Positions 35,168-42,317 of a stretch of DNA of 46,626 bases are shown here, piece after piece. Each line of letters begins with the position of its first letter. Positions within the stretch are counted from its first letter, which is position 1. The stretch lies in IMG/VR virus record IMGVR_UViG_3300037851_000404, positions 1 through 46,626 of that record; one strand, given 5' to 3'. The stretch comes from a virus. Made by a program: the position numbers and the translations under genes. Under the pieces are notes generated by a model, which searched no databases, had not been told where the DNA came from, and worked only from the letters and a program-made list of their open reading frames with translations.

Positions 35168-35293
35168 TTACTTCTTCGAGCCCGTCCACCGTTCGAACGC
35201 CCATTCCAGCAAAAGCGCAACGATGAGCAAAACGATGAAAACCGCCATGAACTGCACATCGGGCAGCAAATCAATCTGATCCCAAAGGTTCAT
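35168..35293 (-). CDS. Small single-pass membrane peptide
   Basis: 41 aa, MNLWDQIDLLPDVQFMAVFIVLLIVALLLEWAFERWTGSKK. The ATG lies 1 nt after the nuclease stop. Confidence 0.4.
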   Translation of the reverse strand: MNLWDQIDLLPDVQFMAVFIVLLIVALLLEWAFERWTGSKK

Positions 35294-35294
35294 C

Positions 35295-36260
35295 TTACTT
35301 TCTCCACTCGAGATTTCTCTTATGAGTAGTCTCGATTTTCGAAGGATCCCAAAACTCCTCATGGAATCCCAAAGGTGGCTCGTAACACCTTTGAAGTGGA
35401 TTCTGCCACGAGATGCAGAAGTCGTGATAGATGCAGCCGAAGTAGTCTGAACACGAACTTCCATTCATAGGAAAGGCCATCATTACTTTGTCATTCTCAG
35501 AAGATTCTGAAAGCCTTTCCATTTCAAAGACGACCTCGGAGTAGAGATTGTTAACTGTCCAGAGCCACGAGTTCATCTGATCAGGAGGTTTAAATGCAGG
35601 AACGCGCATGAGGTCGATGTTGTAACCTTGGGGACGATTCTTTGAGCCGCGAACTAGGTAATCAAAAGCGCAGCCGCAGAATTCGACTCCGAGGACTTGG
35701 TCGATAGGAAACATACAGTACATGCAGTGAGTGTAAGTTCCATTCTGAATGGATAGTTGAAACTGCTCACTCCATTGTCGGTTGAAGGATTTCTTTTTCG
35801 ACTTGTGATCCCAAGAAAAGATCATTCCATCGAAGCGGCGGAGAACTGAGTCTATGCGATAGTGAATGACTCGATCTTCGACTATTGGGACTGTGCCACT
35901 TGTCTCGGTGAGGAGAAGCTCATTGTCAACCAGATCAGCGGCCCTGTCGGTGTAGAACTTTTCAAGGGCCATTAAGACGGCTTCGGGAGTCTTGGGGATG
36001 TAAAGCTCGTCGGTCTCAACTGGGAATTCCTTACGATAGTGATCTTGGAATACTACGTAGGCTTCGAGGAACTTATCGTAGCCGTTTAGGAGCTGATACT
36101 CCCTAGCCTTGTGCCAACACTCGCCAAAGTAAAGGTCGTGAGCTGGAAGATCAGATCTCCATCCAAGGACGTATTCGAAGAAGTACTTCCTTCGACATTG
36201 TTGGAAGGTGTCAAGTTTGGATGAATCTAGGATACTCCATGACTCATGAGATTTTAGCAT
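35295..36260 (-). CDS. PD-(D/E)XK exonuclease, Cas4/RecB-like with Cys cluster
   Basis: 321 aa. N-terminal Cys (FQQCRRKYFF), a DHK motif, and a C-terminal C-x5-C-x5-C (CSDYFGCIYHDFC). Confidence 0.65.
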   Translation of the reverse strand: MLKSHESWSILDSSKLDTFQQCRRKYFFEYVLGWRSDLPAHDLYFGECWHKAREYQLLNGYDKFLEAYVVFQDHYRKEFPVETDELYIPKTPEAVLMALEKFYTDRAADLVDNELLLTETSGTVPIVEDRVIHYRIDSVLRRFDGMIFSWDHKSKKKSFNRQWSEQFQLSIQNGTYTHCMYCMFPIDQVLGVEFCGCAFDYLVRGSKNRPQGYNIDLMRVPAFKPPDQMNSWLWTVNNLYSEVVFEMERLSESSENDKVMMAFPMNGSSCSDYFGCIYHDFCISWQNPLQRCYEPPLGFHEEFWDPSKIETTHKRNLEWRK

Positions 36261-36441
36261 TTTCTTTCACCTCTCTGAGAAGATTGATGTCAAGGAGTTC
36301 CTGGGTCAGGTGAAGGATTATATTGCATTGGCGCCTTCGGTGGATGGTTAGTTCGTTGGAACTGTCCCAACCCTTGAGGTCCTCAATTTCCTCCAACGCC
36401 TCAGCTCGCCAACTTCGAAGTGTTCTCTCGTTTATGTCCAT
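36244..36441 (-). CDS. Hypothetical small protein
   Basis: 65 aa, overlaps the downstream nuclease start. Confidence 0.4.
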   Translation of the reverse strand: MDINERTLRSWRAEALEEIEDLKGWDSSNELTIHRRRQCNIILHLTQELLDINLLREVKENAKIS

Positions 36442-36458
36442 TCTTATCCTCCCGATGA

Positions 36459-36481
36459 GATAATTAAATGGTTTAATTAAC
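36459..36481. repeat. 23-bp AT-rich palindromic boundary motif, copy 11
   Basis: GATAATTAAATGGTTTAATTAAC, identical to copies 10 and 12. Contains the stop at 36477-36479. Confidence 0.9.
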
Positions 36482-36773
36482 TGAATACGATGTTTCTTTC
36501 GATATACTTCCCTTGCTTAAAAAGTAAGAGGTTCAATCTTTTGTGCTTTGTAGCGAACACGGAGCAGATGATTGAGTTGAGAGTGTTGAGAGAGCAGAGG
36601 ACTATGTGATCCCTTGGAGAGGAATCTTTCATAGCCTCTGCAGTCTGCCTGTGCATATCGTTGACGTTGAAGCGGTTTAGCTTACCTCCGGTTACAAAGA
36701 CCAGTTCACCAAACCTTTCTGCATCTGAGAAATCATGCGCGCTCTTGTTTGCGATAAAGACCTTTGATTTCAC
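36477..36773 (-). CDS. Hypothetical protein
   Basis: 98 aa, tightly packed with its neighbours. Confidence 0.45.
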   Translation of the reverse strand: MKSKVFIANKSAHDFSDAERFGELVFVTGGKLNRFNVNDMHRQTAEAMKDSSPRDHIVLCSLNTLNSIICSVFATKHKRLNLLLFKQGKYIERNIVFS

Positions 36774-37093
36774 TTTAGAATCCTTTCGAGAAGGACAGAT
36801 GGAGCGGTTGAAGTTGGTTCCTTCTTCTTATGTTCCGCAGCCCTAGCATCAGTCATGTTGAAGTCGTCAGGATTCATGATGTTAGGACGGCATTCGAGAT
36901 CTTCCTCAGGCCTTGGTGTTGGGGAGACGAATGACTCCTTAGTTGGCTTGTCTGAGTCGGTGATGTTCTCGATTTGCGAACTGTCGCATTCGTGAGGTTT
37001 GATGATGTCTACTATGATGCCCTTATTTTTGAGCACCTTACGAATGATCGACAGTTCGACTCCACACTCTGAACAGTAATAGCGTCTTGGCAT
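36770..37093 (-). CDS. Hypothetical zinc-ribbon protein
   Basis: 107 aa. CSEC ... HEC Cys/His pattern at the N-terminus. Confidence 0.45.
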   Translation of the reverse strand: MPRRYYCSECGVELSIIRKVLKNKGIIVDIIKPHECDSSQIENITDSDKPTKESFVSPTPRPEEDLECRPNIMNPDDFNMTDARAAEHKKKEPTSTAPSVLLERILK

Positions 37094-37398
37094 TAGCTGA
37101 TCCTCACCAGCAGCCGATTCCAGGGCTGCCTTTCAAAGTTTACTTCGACCACTTCGCACTTCAGCGAACCGTCGTCAGTTTCGATCATGGCAGTTGCCTG
37201 GGCACTCAGTTTTCCAGGCACGTAGCCGACCATCACATCGAGGTTGTGAATCTGCGAGTGGTAGATGATCTTCACAGCGTTGGGATCGTACTTGTTGGTA
37301 GGTTCCTTTTCCAACTTGAGAAGATCACCTACTTCGATTTCATTCTCGACCGAGTCCAGCTTGTGGAACTTGACTCCTGCTACGAAGAATTCCTTCAT
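37093..37398 (-). CDS. HIRAN domain protein
   Basis: 101 aa. VAGVKFH...VGDLLKLEKEPTNKYDPNAVKI...VGYVP is the classic HIRAN pattern. Confidence 0.7.
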   Translation of the reverse strand: MKEFFVAGVKFHKLDSVENEIEVGDLLKLEKEPTNKYDPNAVKIIYHSQIHNLDVMVGYVPGKLSAQATAMIETDDGSLKCEVVEVNFERQPWNRLLVRIS

Positions 37399-37411
37399 TT
37401 TAGTTTCCTCC

Positions 37412-38272
37412 TTAAGGGTTTTGGATTACTTCTACGAATACAGGAAAACGTGGAACTTTGCGCTCTGTTGTTAAATGCTGATATTTTACCCTAGCAACCA
37501 TTCCAGGAAGGATACCTCGAATATCCCAAAGACTCTCCCTAACCTCGTCAGTAAATCCAGAGCCAACATTGAATAGGGAGCCATTGCCACTATCGAGCAC
37601 CAGAGCACCCAGTCTATTCTTTGGGATTCCATCTATTGATACCTCCTCTATGGTGTCGACTATGAGGTATTCGTCTTCTTTTTTAGGCTTGAACTTCATC
37701 ATCCAAGTAGAACGCTTCCTCTCATATTGGGCGTTTAGATGACGAACTATAATTCCCTCATAGCCTTGCTTGGTTAGGTTTTCGTAGACCTTTGTGATTT
37801 CATCTAATGATTCACAGATCCAGAATGGAGATACTTTGATGCAAGGGTTGATGGCTCTTAAGTTCTCGATCAAGATAGTTCGCTTCATTTGAGGGAGGTC
37901 GTTAACTATGTCGAATACATAGAAGCTAACATCTTGATGGTTTGGATGAAGGTTGACGGTTCGAGAGGTGATACTGTAGATTTCTTCGAATGACTTGCCA
38001 TGACAATAGAGTTCACCATCTAGTTCAGCATTTAATCCTGCCATTGACAAAGCGTGGTTGATGTGAGGGACAGAGAAGATAACTTCTTCGCTGCTTGAGA
38101 GGAGCAGATAGTTTCCATGCTCGAGGCTGGAAGGTACAGCACGACAGCGGACGCCATCGTACTTTGGTTGGACTATGTATGGAGGAGACCATTTCATAAG
38201 GCGCTTTTCCTCGAAGGGATAAGCCTTCATGATCCCCTTCCACCGTTGCCAGCGAGGAGAAGTCTCAGTCAT
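37412..38272 (-). CDS. ATP-dependent DNA ligase
   Basis: Adenylation motif KYDGVRC. Start chosen at the ATG at 38272 (GAGGAG RBS, 1 nt after the upstream stop). The track ORF starts at 38287. Confidence 0.8.
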   Translation of the reverse strand: MTETSPRWQRWKGIMKAYPFEEKRLMKWSPPYIVQPKYDGVRCRAVPSSLEHGNYLLLSSSEEVIFSVPHINHALSMAGLNAELDGELYCHGKSFEEIYSITSRTVNLHPNHQDVSFYVFDIVNDLPQMKRTILIENLRAINPCIKVSPFWICESLDEITKVYENLTKQGYEGIIVRHLNAQYERKRSTWMMKFKPKKEDEYLIVDTIEEVSIDGIPKNRLGALVLDSGNGSLFNVGSGFTDEVRESLWDIRGILPGMVARVKYQHLTTERKVPRFPVFVEVIQNP

Positions 38273-38273
38273 G

Positions 38274-38699
38274 TTAGTTCTCCTCACACATCAGCATGAA
38301 TACTTTGTCTTTGACTTCGATGAAGCGAGTTTTGCTCAAGACTTCGACTAACCTGCATGAAGATGCACCTGCCACCCGAACCCAGATTCGGAAGTATCCG
38401 AATTCCTTTCTGTATTTGAATAGAATTCCAAGATCTCGGTTGTCCAGAGTTTCTGAATCAACTTCAAATATTGAAAGAAGGTCAAACAGGACTTCGTCTA
38501 TGGATATTGAAAGATCCTTGGCTGAGATCTTCTTATTGACTGGAATAACAGACATTGAAGTCTCTGAGACGTATTCTATAGTGAAATCAGGAGAGTTTTC
38601 GAAGGCTTCAATGACTGGTCTTATTGTCTTAAGCCGTTTGATGTTTGAGAGGTAGGTGCTGGTGAGATCTTTTAGAGCTTCGTAGTATTTCTCGCTCAT
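38274..38699 (-). CDS. Hypothetical early protein
   Basis: 141 aa, AAGGAGAAA RBS, preceded by the TGTACA operator-like repeat. Confidence 0.5.
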   Translation of the reverse strand: MSEKYYEALKDLTSTYLSNIKRLKTIRPVIEAFENSPDFTIEYVSETSMSVIPVNKKISAKDLSISIDEVLFDLLSIFEVDSETLDNRDLGILFKYRKEFGYFRIWVRVAGASSCRLVEVLSKTRFIEVKDKVFMLMCEEN

Positions 38700-38715
38700 T
38701 GCTTTTTCTCCTTAT

Positions 38716-38735
38716 AATGTACAAAATTGTACATT
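38716..38735. promoter_or_regulatory. Operator-like element TGTACA-N4-TGTACA within a 20-nt near-palindrome
   Basis: AATGTACAAAATTGTACATT, immediately upstream of the RBS of 38274..38699. Confidence 0.4.
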
Positions 38736-38748
38736 TTAGAGTTTTAGA

Positions 38749-38782
38749 AATGGAGCCCTGGCTACCGCACCAAGGCTCCATT
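38749..38782 (-). terminator. Hairpin downstream of GC-rich gene 38814..39203 (weak U-tract)
   Basis: AATGGAGCC ... GGCTCCATT, a 9-bp stem with a 16-nt loop. Confidence 0.3.
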
Positions 38783-38813
38783 CATTGCAGATGATGGATA
38801 GAGCCTTGCCCTG

Positions 38814-39203
38814 TTAGGCGCCAGCCGCCATCTTCTTCAGCTGCTCGATCATCCGCTTCTGCTCCTCCGGCGTAGCGGAGACGAACTTCGCACGGAAGGC
38901 AGCCTCAGGGTCGACCTTGACGCCGGCCTGTGCGACACCCATCTTGGCGGCCGAGAGGCGGGACTTAATAACGGAGGGGTCTTCCCCCCGCTTCAGCGCT
39001 CCCCGAATGTTGGCCTGCAGGGTCACGCGCCAGTTGGCGAAAGCATTGGAAAGAACGGCTTCGGCACCGAACAGTTTTTCGGCCTCAGCCAAAGTTTCCG
39101 CATACTGGACCTCGACCTCCACGGGACCGAGCTGCTTTTGCAGAACCTTGCCAGACGCATCCTTCTTCTCCGGAACCAGGGCACTGACTTTTTCCTTCTT
39201 CAT
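38814..39203 (-). CDS. Hypothetical protein (GC-rich island)
   Basis: 129 aa, Ala/Lys/Glu-rich. Codon usage is clearly GC3-rich compared with its neighbours. Confidence 0.55.
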   Translation of the reverse strand: MKKEKVSALVPEKKDASGKVLQKQLGPVEVEVQYAETLAEAEKLFGAEAVLSNAFANWRVTLQANIRGALKRGEDPSVIKSRLSAAKMGVAQAGVKVDPEAAFRAKFVSATPEEQKRMIEQLKKMAAGA

Positions 39204-39325
39204 GAAAACCTCCTTATGATGATGTAGGGTGATTGAAACGCCAGCCCTATGCTGGCTATGTGAGAAATAATTTAATTGAAGTTGGCCATGTTGTCAATGG
39301 AAAAATTGGGGAAATTAATCCCCAG

Positions 39326-39646
39326 TCAATTCAGATTCACTTTTTCGGTTTTAACTTCAGCGAGTTCAGTTGAGGGCTCGATGTTTTCCTTGAAGCAGAC
39401 GATGAGATCAGCCAAGATTTCAGCTGAGCATGTATTGCAAAGGGTGTTGAAGATCTCACTGATCATGGTCTGCTTGAAGTCATCAGAAGAAACTGATCTG
39501 AAGGTTCCACGACAGGTGCCTTTAGGTCCTTCTCCAACCTCGCGCACTCCAAAGATGTACTCGAGTTTTTTTCCAAGAGCCTCTTCCGAGATCTTGATGA
39601 CCTCTTCTATCCATTCTGTGATCCTGTCTGCGAATTCTCTTTCCAT
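39326..39646 (-). CDS. Hypothetical acidic early protein
   Basis: 106 aa, GAGGAG RBS. Confidence 0.5.
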   Translation of the reverse strand: MEREFADRITEWIEEVIKISEEALGKKLEYIFGVREVGEGPKGTCRGTFRSVSSDDFKQTMISEIFNTLCNTCSAEILADLIVCFKENIEPSTELAEVKTEKVNLN

Positions 39647-39661
39647 AATGCTATCTCCTCA

Positions 39662-39684
39662 GATAATTAAATGGTTTAATTAAC
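39662..39684. repeat. 23-bp AT-rich palindromic boundary motif, copy 12
   Basis: GATAATTAAATGGTTTAATTAAC. Lies 15 nt upstream of the start at 39646 and abuts the stop at 39684-39686. Confidence 0.9.
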
Positions 39685-39977
39685 TAACTCACTATCAAAC
39701 CCTCAAGCTCAGCAATCAAGTCGTTGATTTGATCCTGGGTCATCTGCCTCCTTTTCTTGGGTTCAGTTGATTTGCCGCCCTGGATGACCTTCAAGCGGCC
39801 ATCTCGAAGTGCCCATTCCTTGTCGATTGCTTCATAGCGCCTCTTGCGATCGACATAGATCTCATGCAGACGGAGGTAGATCTGCCTAAGTGCATCCATT
39901 TCCTTGCGAAGTTCCTTCATCTCACGTTTGAGTTCCATCTTACCATCCGTTAGCAGCAATGGACAGGGCTTTTCCAT
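39684..39977 (-). CDS. Hypothetical coiled-coil protein
   Basis: 97 aa, charged heptad-like sequence. Confidence 0.45.
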   Translation of the reverse strand: MEKPCPLLLTDGKMELKREMKELRKEMDALRQIYLRLHEIYVDRKRRYEAIDKEWALRDGRLKVIQGGKSTEPKKRRQMTQDQINDLIAELEGLIVS

Positions 39978-39991
39978 TTGCTAGTCCTTTC

Positions 39992-40165
39992 TTAAAGTAC
40001 GATTATTTTCCAGTTTGAGTTTCCAAGATTCTCGACTCCGTATTGCTCAGCGTCTTCGAAGGTTTCAAAGACCTTTGTAATGAACAGTTCCTCCTCCACA
40101 ACTTGGGCTGTTTGAAGAATGTCAACTTCCCACTGGATGATGATGAACTTTTTTTGACCTGTCAT
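39992..40165 (-). CDS. Hypothetical small protein (below the track cutoff)
   Basis: My own translation gives 57 aa, MTGQKKFIIIQWEVDILQ.... GGAGG RBS and an ATGA overlap with the upstream stop. Confidence 0.5.
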   Translation of the reverse strand: MTGQKKFIIIQWEVDILQTAQVVEEELFITKVFETFEDAEQYGVENLGNSNWKIIVL

Positions 40166-40404
40166 TTGTCCTCCTTCAGAATTTTGACCCGAAGGTAGCA
40201 GAAATGGAATGGAGTTGGATCGATAACTACTTCATCCAACTTCACCCATCCATGATGGAACTTGTTGTCTTTCCACTGCTCAAGCCCTTTGTCTCCAAAG
40301 ACGACACCAGTTTTTCCTACAATCTGGTGGCCGTAAAAGGAATTCTTATGAGGACATTTACGCCCTAGTCCGATGATCTTGATTCTTGTACCTTTGGGAA
40401 TCAT
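40162..40404 (-). CDS. Hypothetical small protein
   Basis: 80 aa, AGGAG RBS. Confidence 0.5.
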   Translation of the reverse strand: MIPKGTRIKIIGLGRKCPHKNSFYGHQIVGKTGVVFGDKGLEQWKDNKFHHGWVKLDEVVIDPTPFHFCYLRVKILKEDK

Positions 40405-40417
40405 CTTAGTTCTCCTT

Positions 40418-40549
40418 CTATTGAAGTGCGGTGATTAAGATTCTGAATGAGTTGCTAGATTGAATCCAGCAGGATAAGTGCCATCCAAGATAGCAGATGG
40501 TCACTAGGCAGACGAAAATAGTTATTATGTCCCAGAGTTTGTCAGACAT
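40418..40549 (-). CDS. Small hydrophobic peptide
   Basis: 43 aa, MSDKLWDIITIFVCLVTICYLGWHLSCW.... GGAGG RBS 6 nt upstream. Confidence 0.4.
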   Translation of the reverse strand: MSDKLWDIITIFVCLVTICYLGWHLSCWIQSSNSFRILITALQ

Positions 40550-40561
40550 TTTAGACCTCCG

Positions 40562-40639
40562 CTAAATGGTATTTAGCCACATGCAAAACAAGGTCCAGAT
40601 GGTAGCTGAAATGATTAAGATTATGTCTGATAGTTTCAT
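40562..40639 (-). CDS. Small hydrophobic peptide
   Basis: 25 aa, MKLSDIILIISATIWTLFCMWLNTI. AGGTG RBS. Confidence 0.3.
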   Translation of the reverse strand: MKLSDIILIISATIWTLFCMWLNTI

Positions 40640-40684
40640 TTAGCACCTTACATGTTGATAGAAACTTTTTCATCCAGACATAAT

Positions 40685-40837
40685 CTACTCCCACATATGT
40701 CTGAAGTGATCCCTAACTGAAGGGAGCCAAACTAGTCCAATAGACATCTCAATGTCTATGATTTGGACTAGGCAAAACTCGGCCAGGTTTTGCACTAAAG
40801 GATGATTATGAGATAGTTTCTGTATAATCTTATGCAT
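40685..40837 (-). CDS. Possible 50-aa ORF, or a structured leader
   Basis: GGAGG RBS 7 nt upstream of the ATG at 40837. However, the body contains two strong inverted repeats (40732-40771 and 40772-40793). Confidence 0.3.
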   Translation of the reverse strand: MHKIIQKLSHNHPLVQNLAEFCLVQIIDIEMSIGLVWLPSVRDHFRHMWE

Positions 40838-40896
40838 AATAGTTCCTCCTTTCTAGTTTTTTCCAGTTTTTGTTTGATATCTGCCATTGGACCCCC

Positions 40897-40925
40897 ACTA
40901 TAACATACCCAAAACGGAATGTCAA
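40897..40925 (-). promoter_or_regulatory. Sigma70-type promoter with extended -10
   Basis: The minus strand reads TTGACA-N17-TATAGT, with TGt immediately before the -10. It lies 54 nt downstream of motif copy 13. Confidence 0.6.
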
Positions 40926-40978
40926 CAAGCCAATCCATGTTATTTTAAATTACAGTTGCGTCCATAGCCATAGCACCA

Positions 40979-41001
40979 GTTAATTAAATCATTTAATCAT
41001 C
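40979..41001. repeat. 23-bp AT-rich palindromic boundary motif, copy 13
   Basis: GTTAATTAAATCATTTAATCATC, the exact reverse complement of copy 9. Contains the stop at 40993-40995. Confidence 0.9.
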
Positions 41002-41871
41002 TCGATCCTCAACCAAGCCATCAGGCCTAGGACATTCATTAAGCTGTCTCAAATACTCTTCGTCCTTCCTCTTAATCCTCTCCTCTTCAGCATCCATCTC
41101 TTCAGAACTCTTAGGTCTAATAACTTCTTCAATCTTCTTCTTCTTCTCCTTCAAAGCATTAATCTTCTCTTCAATCCTACTAGCCTTCCTCAATCCTTTA
41201 ACCCTTTCCTTCTCAGCTAACTCTTTCTCCAACTGCTCCTTCTTCACCTTCTCAGCATATTCCATTCTTCTTCTATTAAACTCTTCAACCTCTCTCTTTT
41301 GCTCAGCCAGTTTCTCAGCCGAAATCTCTTTCCTCTCAACCTTATATCCTTCATCTTTATTCACCTTCTTACTAACCTCCAAGCTTTTACTCGTAAGCGC
41401 TGCAATCCACTTCATCCTCTCCCTCGATCCAATCGGAGGCCCTTCAGGTCCCCACTTGCTGAAATCAACTTCATCTCCATCACTCTCAACTTCCTCCTTC
41501 TTCACTTCACTCAACTGCATATTATTCAGCAAGTTCTTCTTCCCTCTCCCTCTCGGATTTAGATCTATCCTAAACCTCGACTCAATCCAAAACCTTGCAT
41601 CACTAGTCTCAATCTCTTCAACCTTCCCTTCTTCTTCCAACCTCTCCACTAACATCTCCAGCGGAACTCTAACCAACTCACTCATAAACCTCAACCTAAT
41701 CCCTTCCCTCTCCATCCACATCCCTATCTTCGCCAACATTCTACTATCCATCCAAACTTGCACACAACTATCTCCCTTCCAACTTCTAGCCATCATCAAG
41801 CTCTTCCCTTTCGTACTCCCTTCCACATACTCTCCCTTCCTCCACTTATACTTCCCTCCACTCTCTCCCAT
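40993..41871 (-). CDS. Highly charged Lys/Glu/Arg-rich early protein
   Basis: 292 aa. The coding strand is extremely purine-rich. The + strand ORFs over this region are Ser/Leu/Phe/Pro-rich artefacts. Confidence 0.55.
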   Translation of the reverse strand: MGESGGKYKWRKGEYVEGSTKGKSLMMARSWKGDSCVQVWMDSRMLAKIGMWMEREGIRLRFMSELVRVPLEMLVERLEEEGKVEEIETSDARFWIESRFRIDLNPRGRGKKNLLNNMQLSEVKKEEVESDGDEVDFSKWGPEGPPIGSRERMKWIAALTSKSLEVSKKVNKDEGYKVERKEISAEKLAEQKREVEEFNRRRMEYAEKVKKEQLEKELAEKERVKGLRKASRIEEKINALKEKKKKIEEVIRPKSSEEMDAEEERIKRKDEEYLRQLNECPRPDGLVEDRDD

Positions 41872-41924
41872 CTCTACCTATCTCCCTTCATCTTGTTTAT
41901 TGTCATTATTGTTATTAATGTTTA

Positions 41925-41996
41925 TTGTTAAACCCTATATGTTATTGTCGTTATTTTTTTTTTTTTTTTTTTAACAAGGCATATAGGGTCTAACAA
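41925..41996. repeat. 17-bp inverted repeat (1 mismatch) enclosing a T19 tract
   Basis: TTGTTAAACCCTATATG (41925-41941) pairs with CATATAGGGTCTAACAA (41980-41996). Confidence 0.85.
41954..41972. repeat. T19 homopolymer (A19 on the minus strand)
   Basis: Counted directly as 7+10+2 T across the numbered lines. Confidence 0.9.
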
Positions 41997-42085
41997 TATG
42001 TATTAACGACACGAACGACAATAAAATTGATGATGGATGATCTAGATAGGATGGTCAATGAAATAATTGGTGAAATTGAGATTGA

Positions 42086-42108
42086 GTTAATTAAATCATT
42101 TAATTAAC
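42086..42108. repeat. 23-bp AT-rich palindromic boundary motif, copy 14 (perfect palindrome)
   Basis: GTTAATTAAATCATTTAATTAAC, inside the 446-bp noncoding region 41872-42317. Confidence 0.9.
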
Positions 42109-42245
42109 TAATTGCTGTCATCTCCCTAGATTGAACTATCAATCTGTCCCCGGACCCCCTAACCTAGGTGATTTAGCTATCTATTTCAATTGCAACTTTG
42201 TAGTTTCCCCTAATAGAGCGTTAGTTAGAATGCCTCAACCACTGG

Positions 42246-42280
42246 AAACAAAAAAGCCCTAGAGCAATCACTCTAGGGCT
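42246..42280 (-). terminator. Rho-independent terminator of gene 42318..42683
   Basis: The minus strand reads AGCCCTAGAG-tgattg-CTCTAGGGCT followed by TTTTTGTTT. Perfect 10-bp stem. Confidence 0.75.
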
Positions 42281-42292
42281 TAGTTGTTAGGT

Positions 42293-42315
42293 GCTAGTTG
42301 CTAGCTGCTAGTTGC
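42293..42315. repeat. Tandem heptamers (GCTAGYT)x3
   Basis: GCTAGTT GCTAGCT GCTAGTT GC, between the stop codon and the terminator. Confidence 0.6.
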
Positions 42316-42317
42316 TT

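Noticed and set aside
41299-41974. Plus-strand ORFs 41299..41562 and 41456..41974
   Set aside because: Their Ser/Leu/Phe/Pro-rich translations come from a polypyrimidine strand. The minus-strand gene has a start, an RBS-like GGGAG, and a stop inside motif copy 13.
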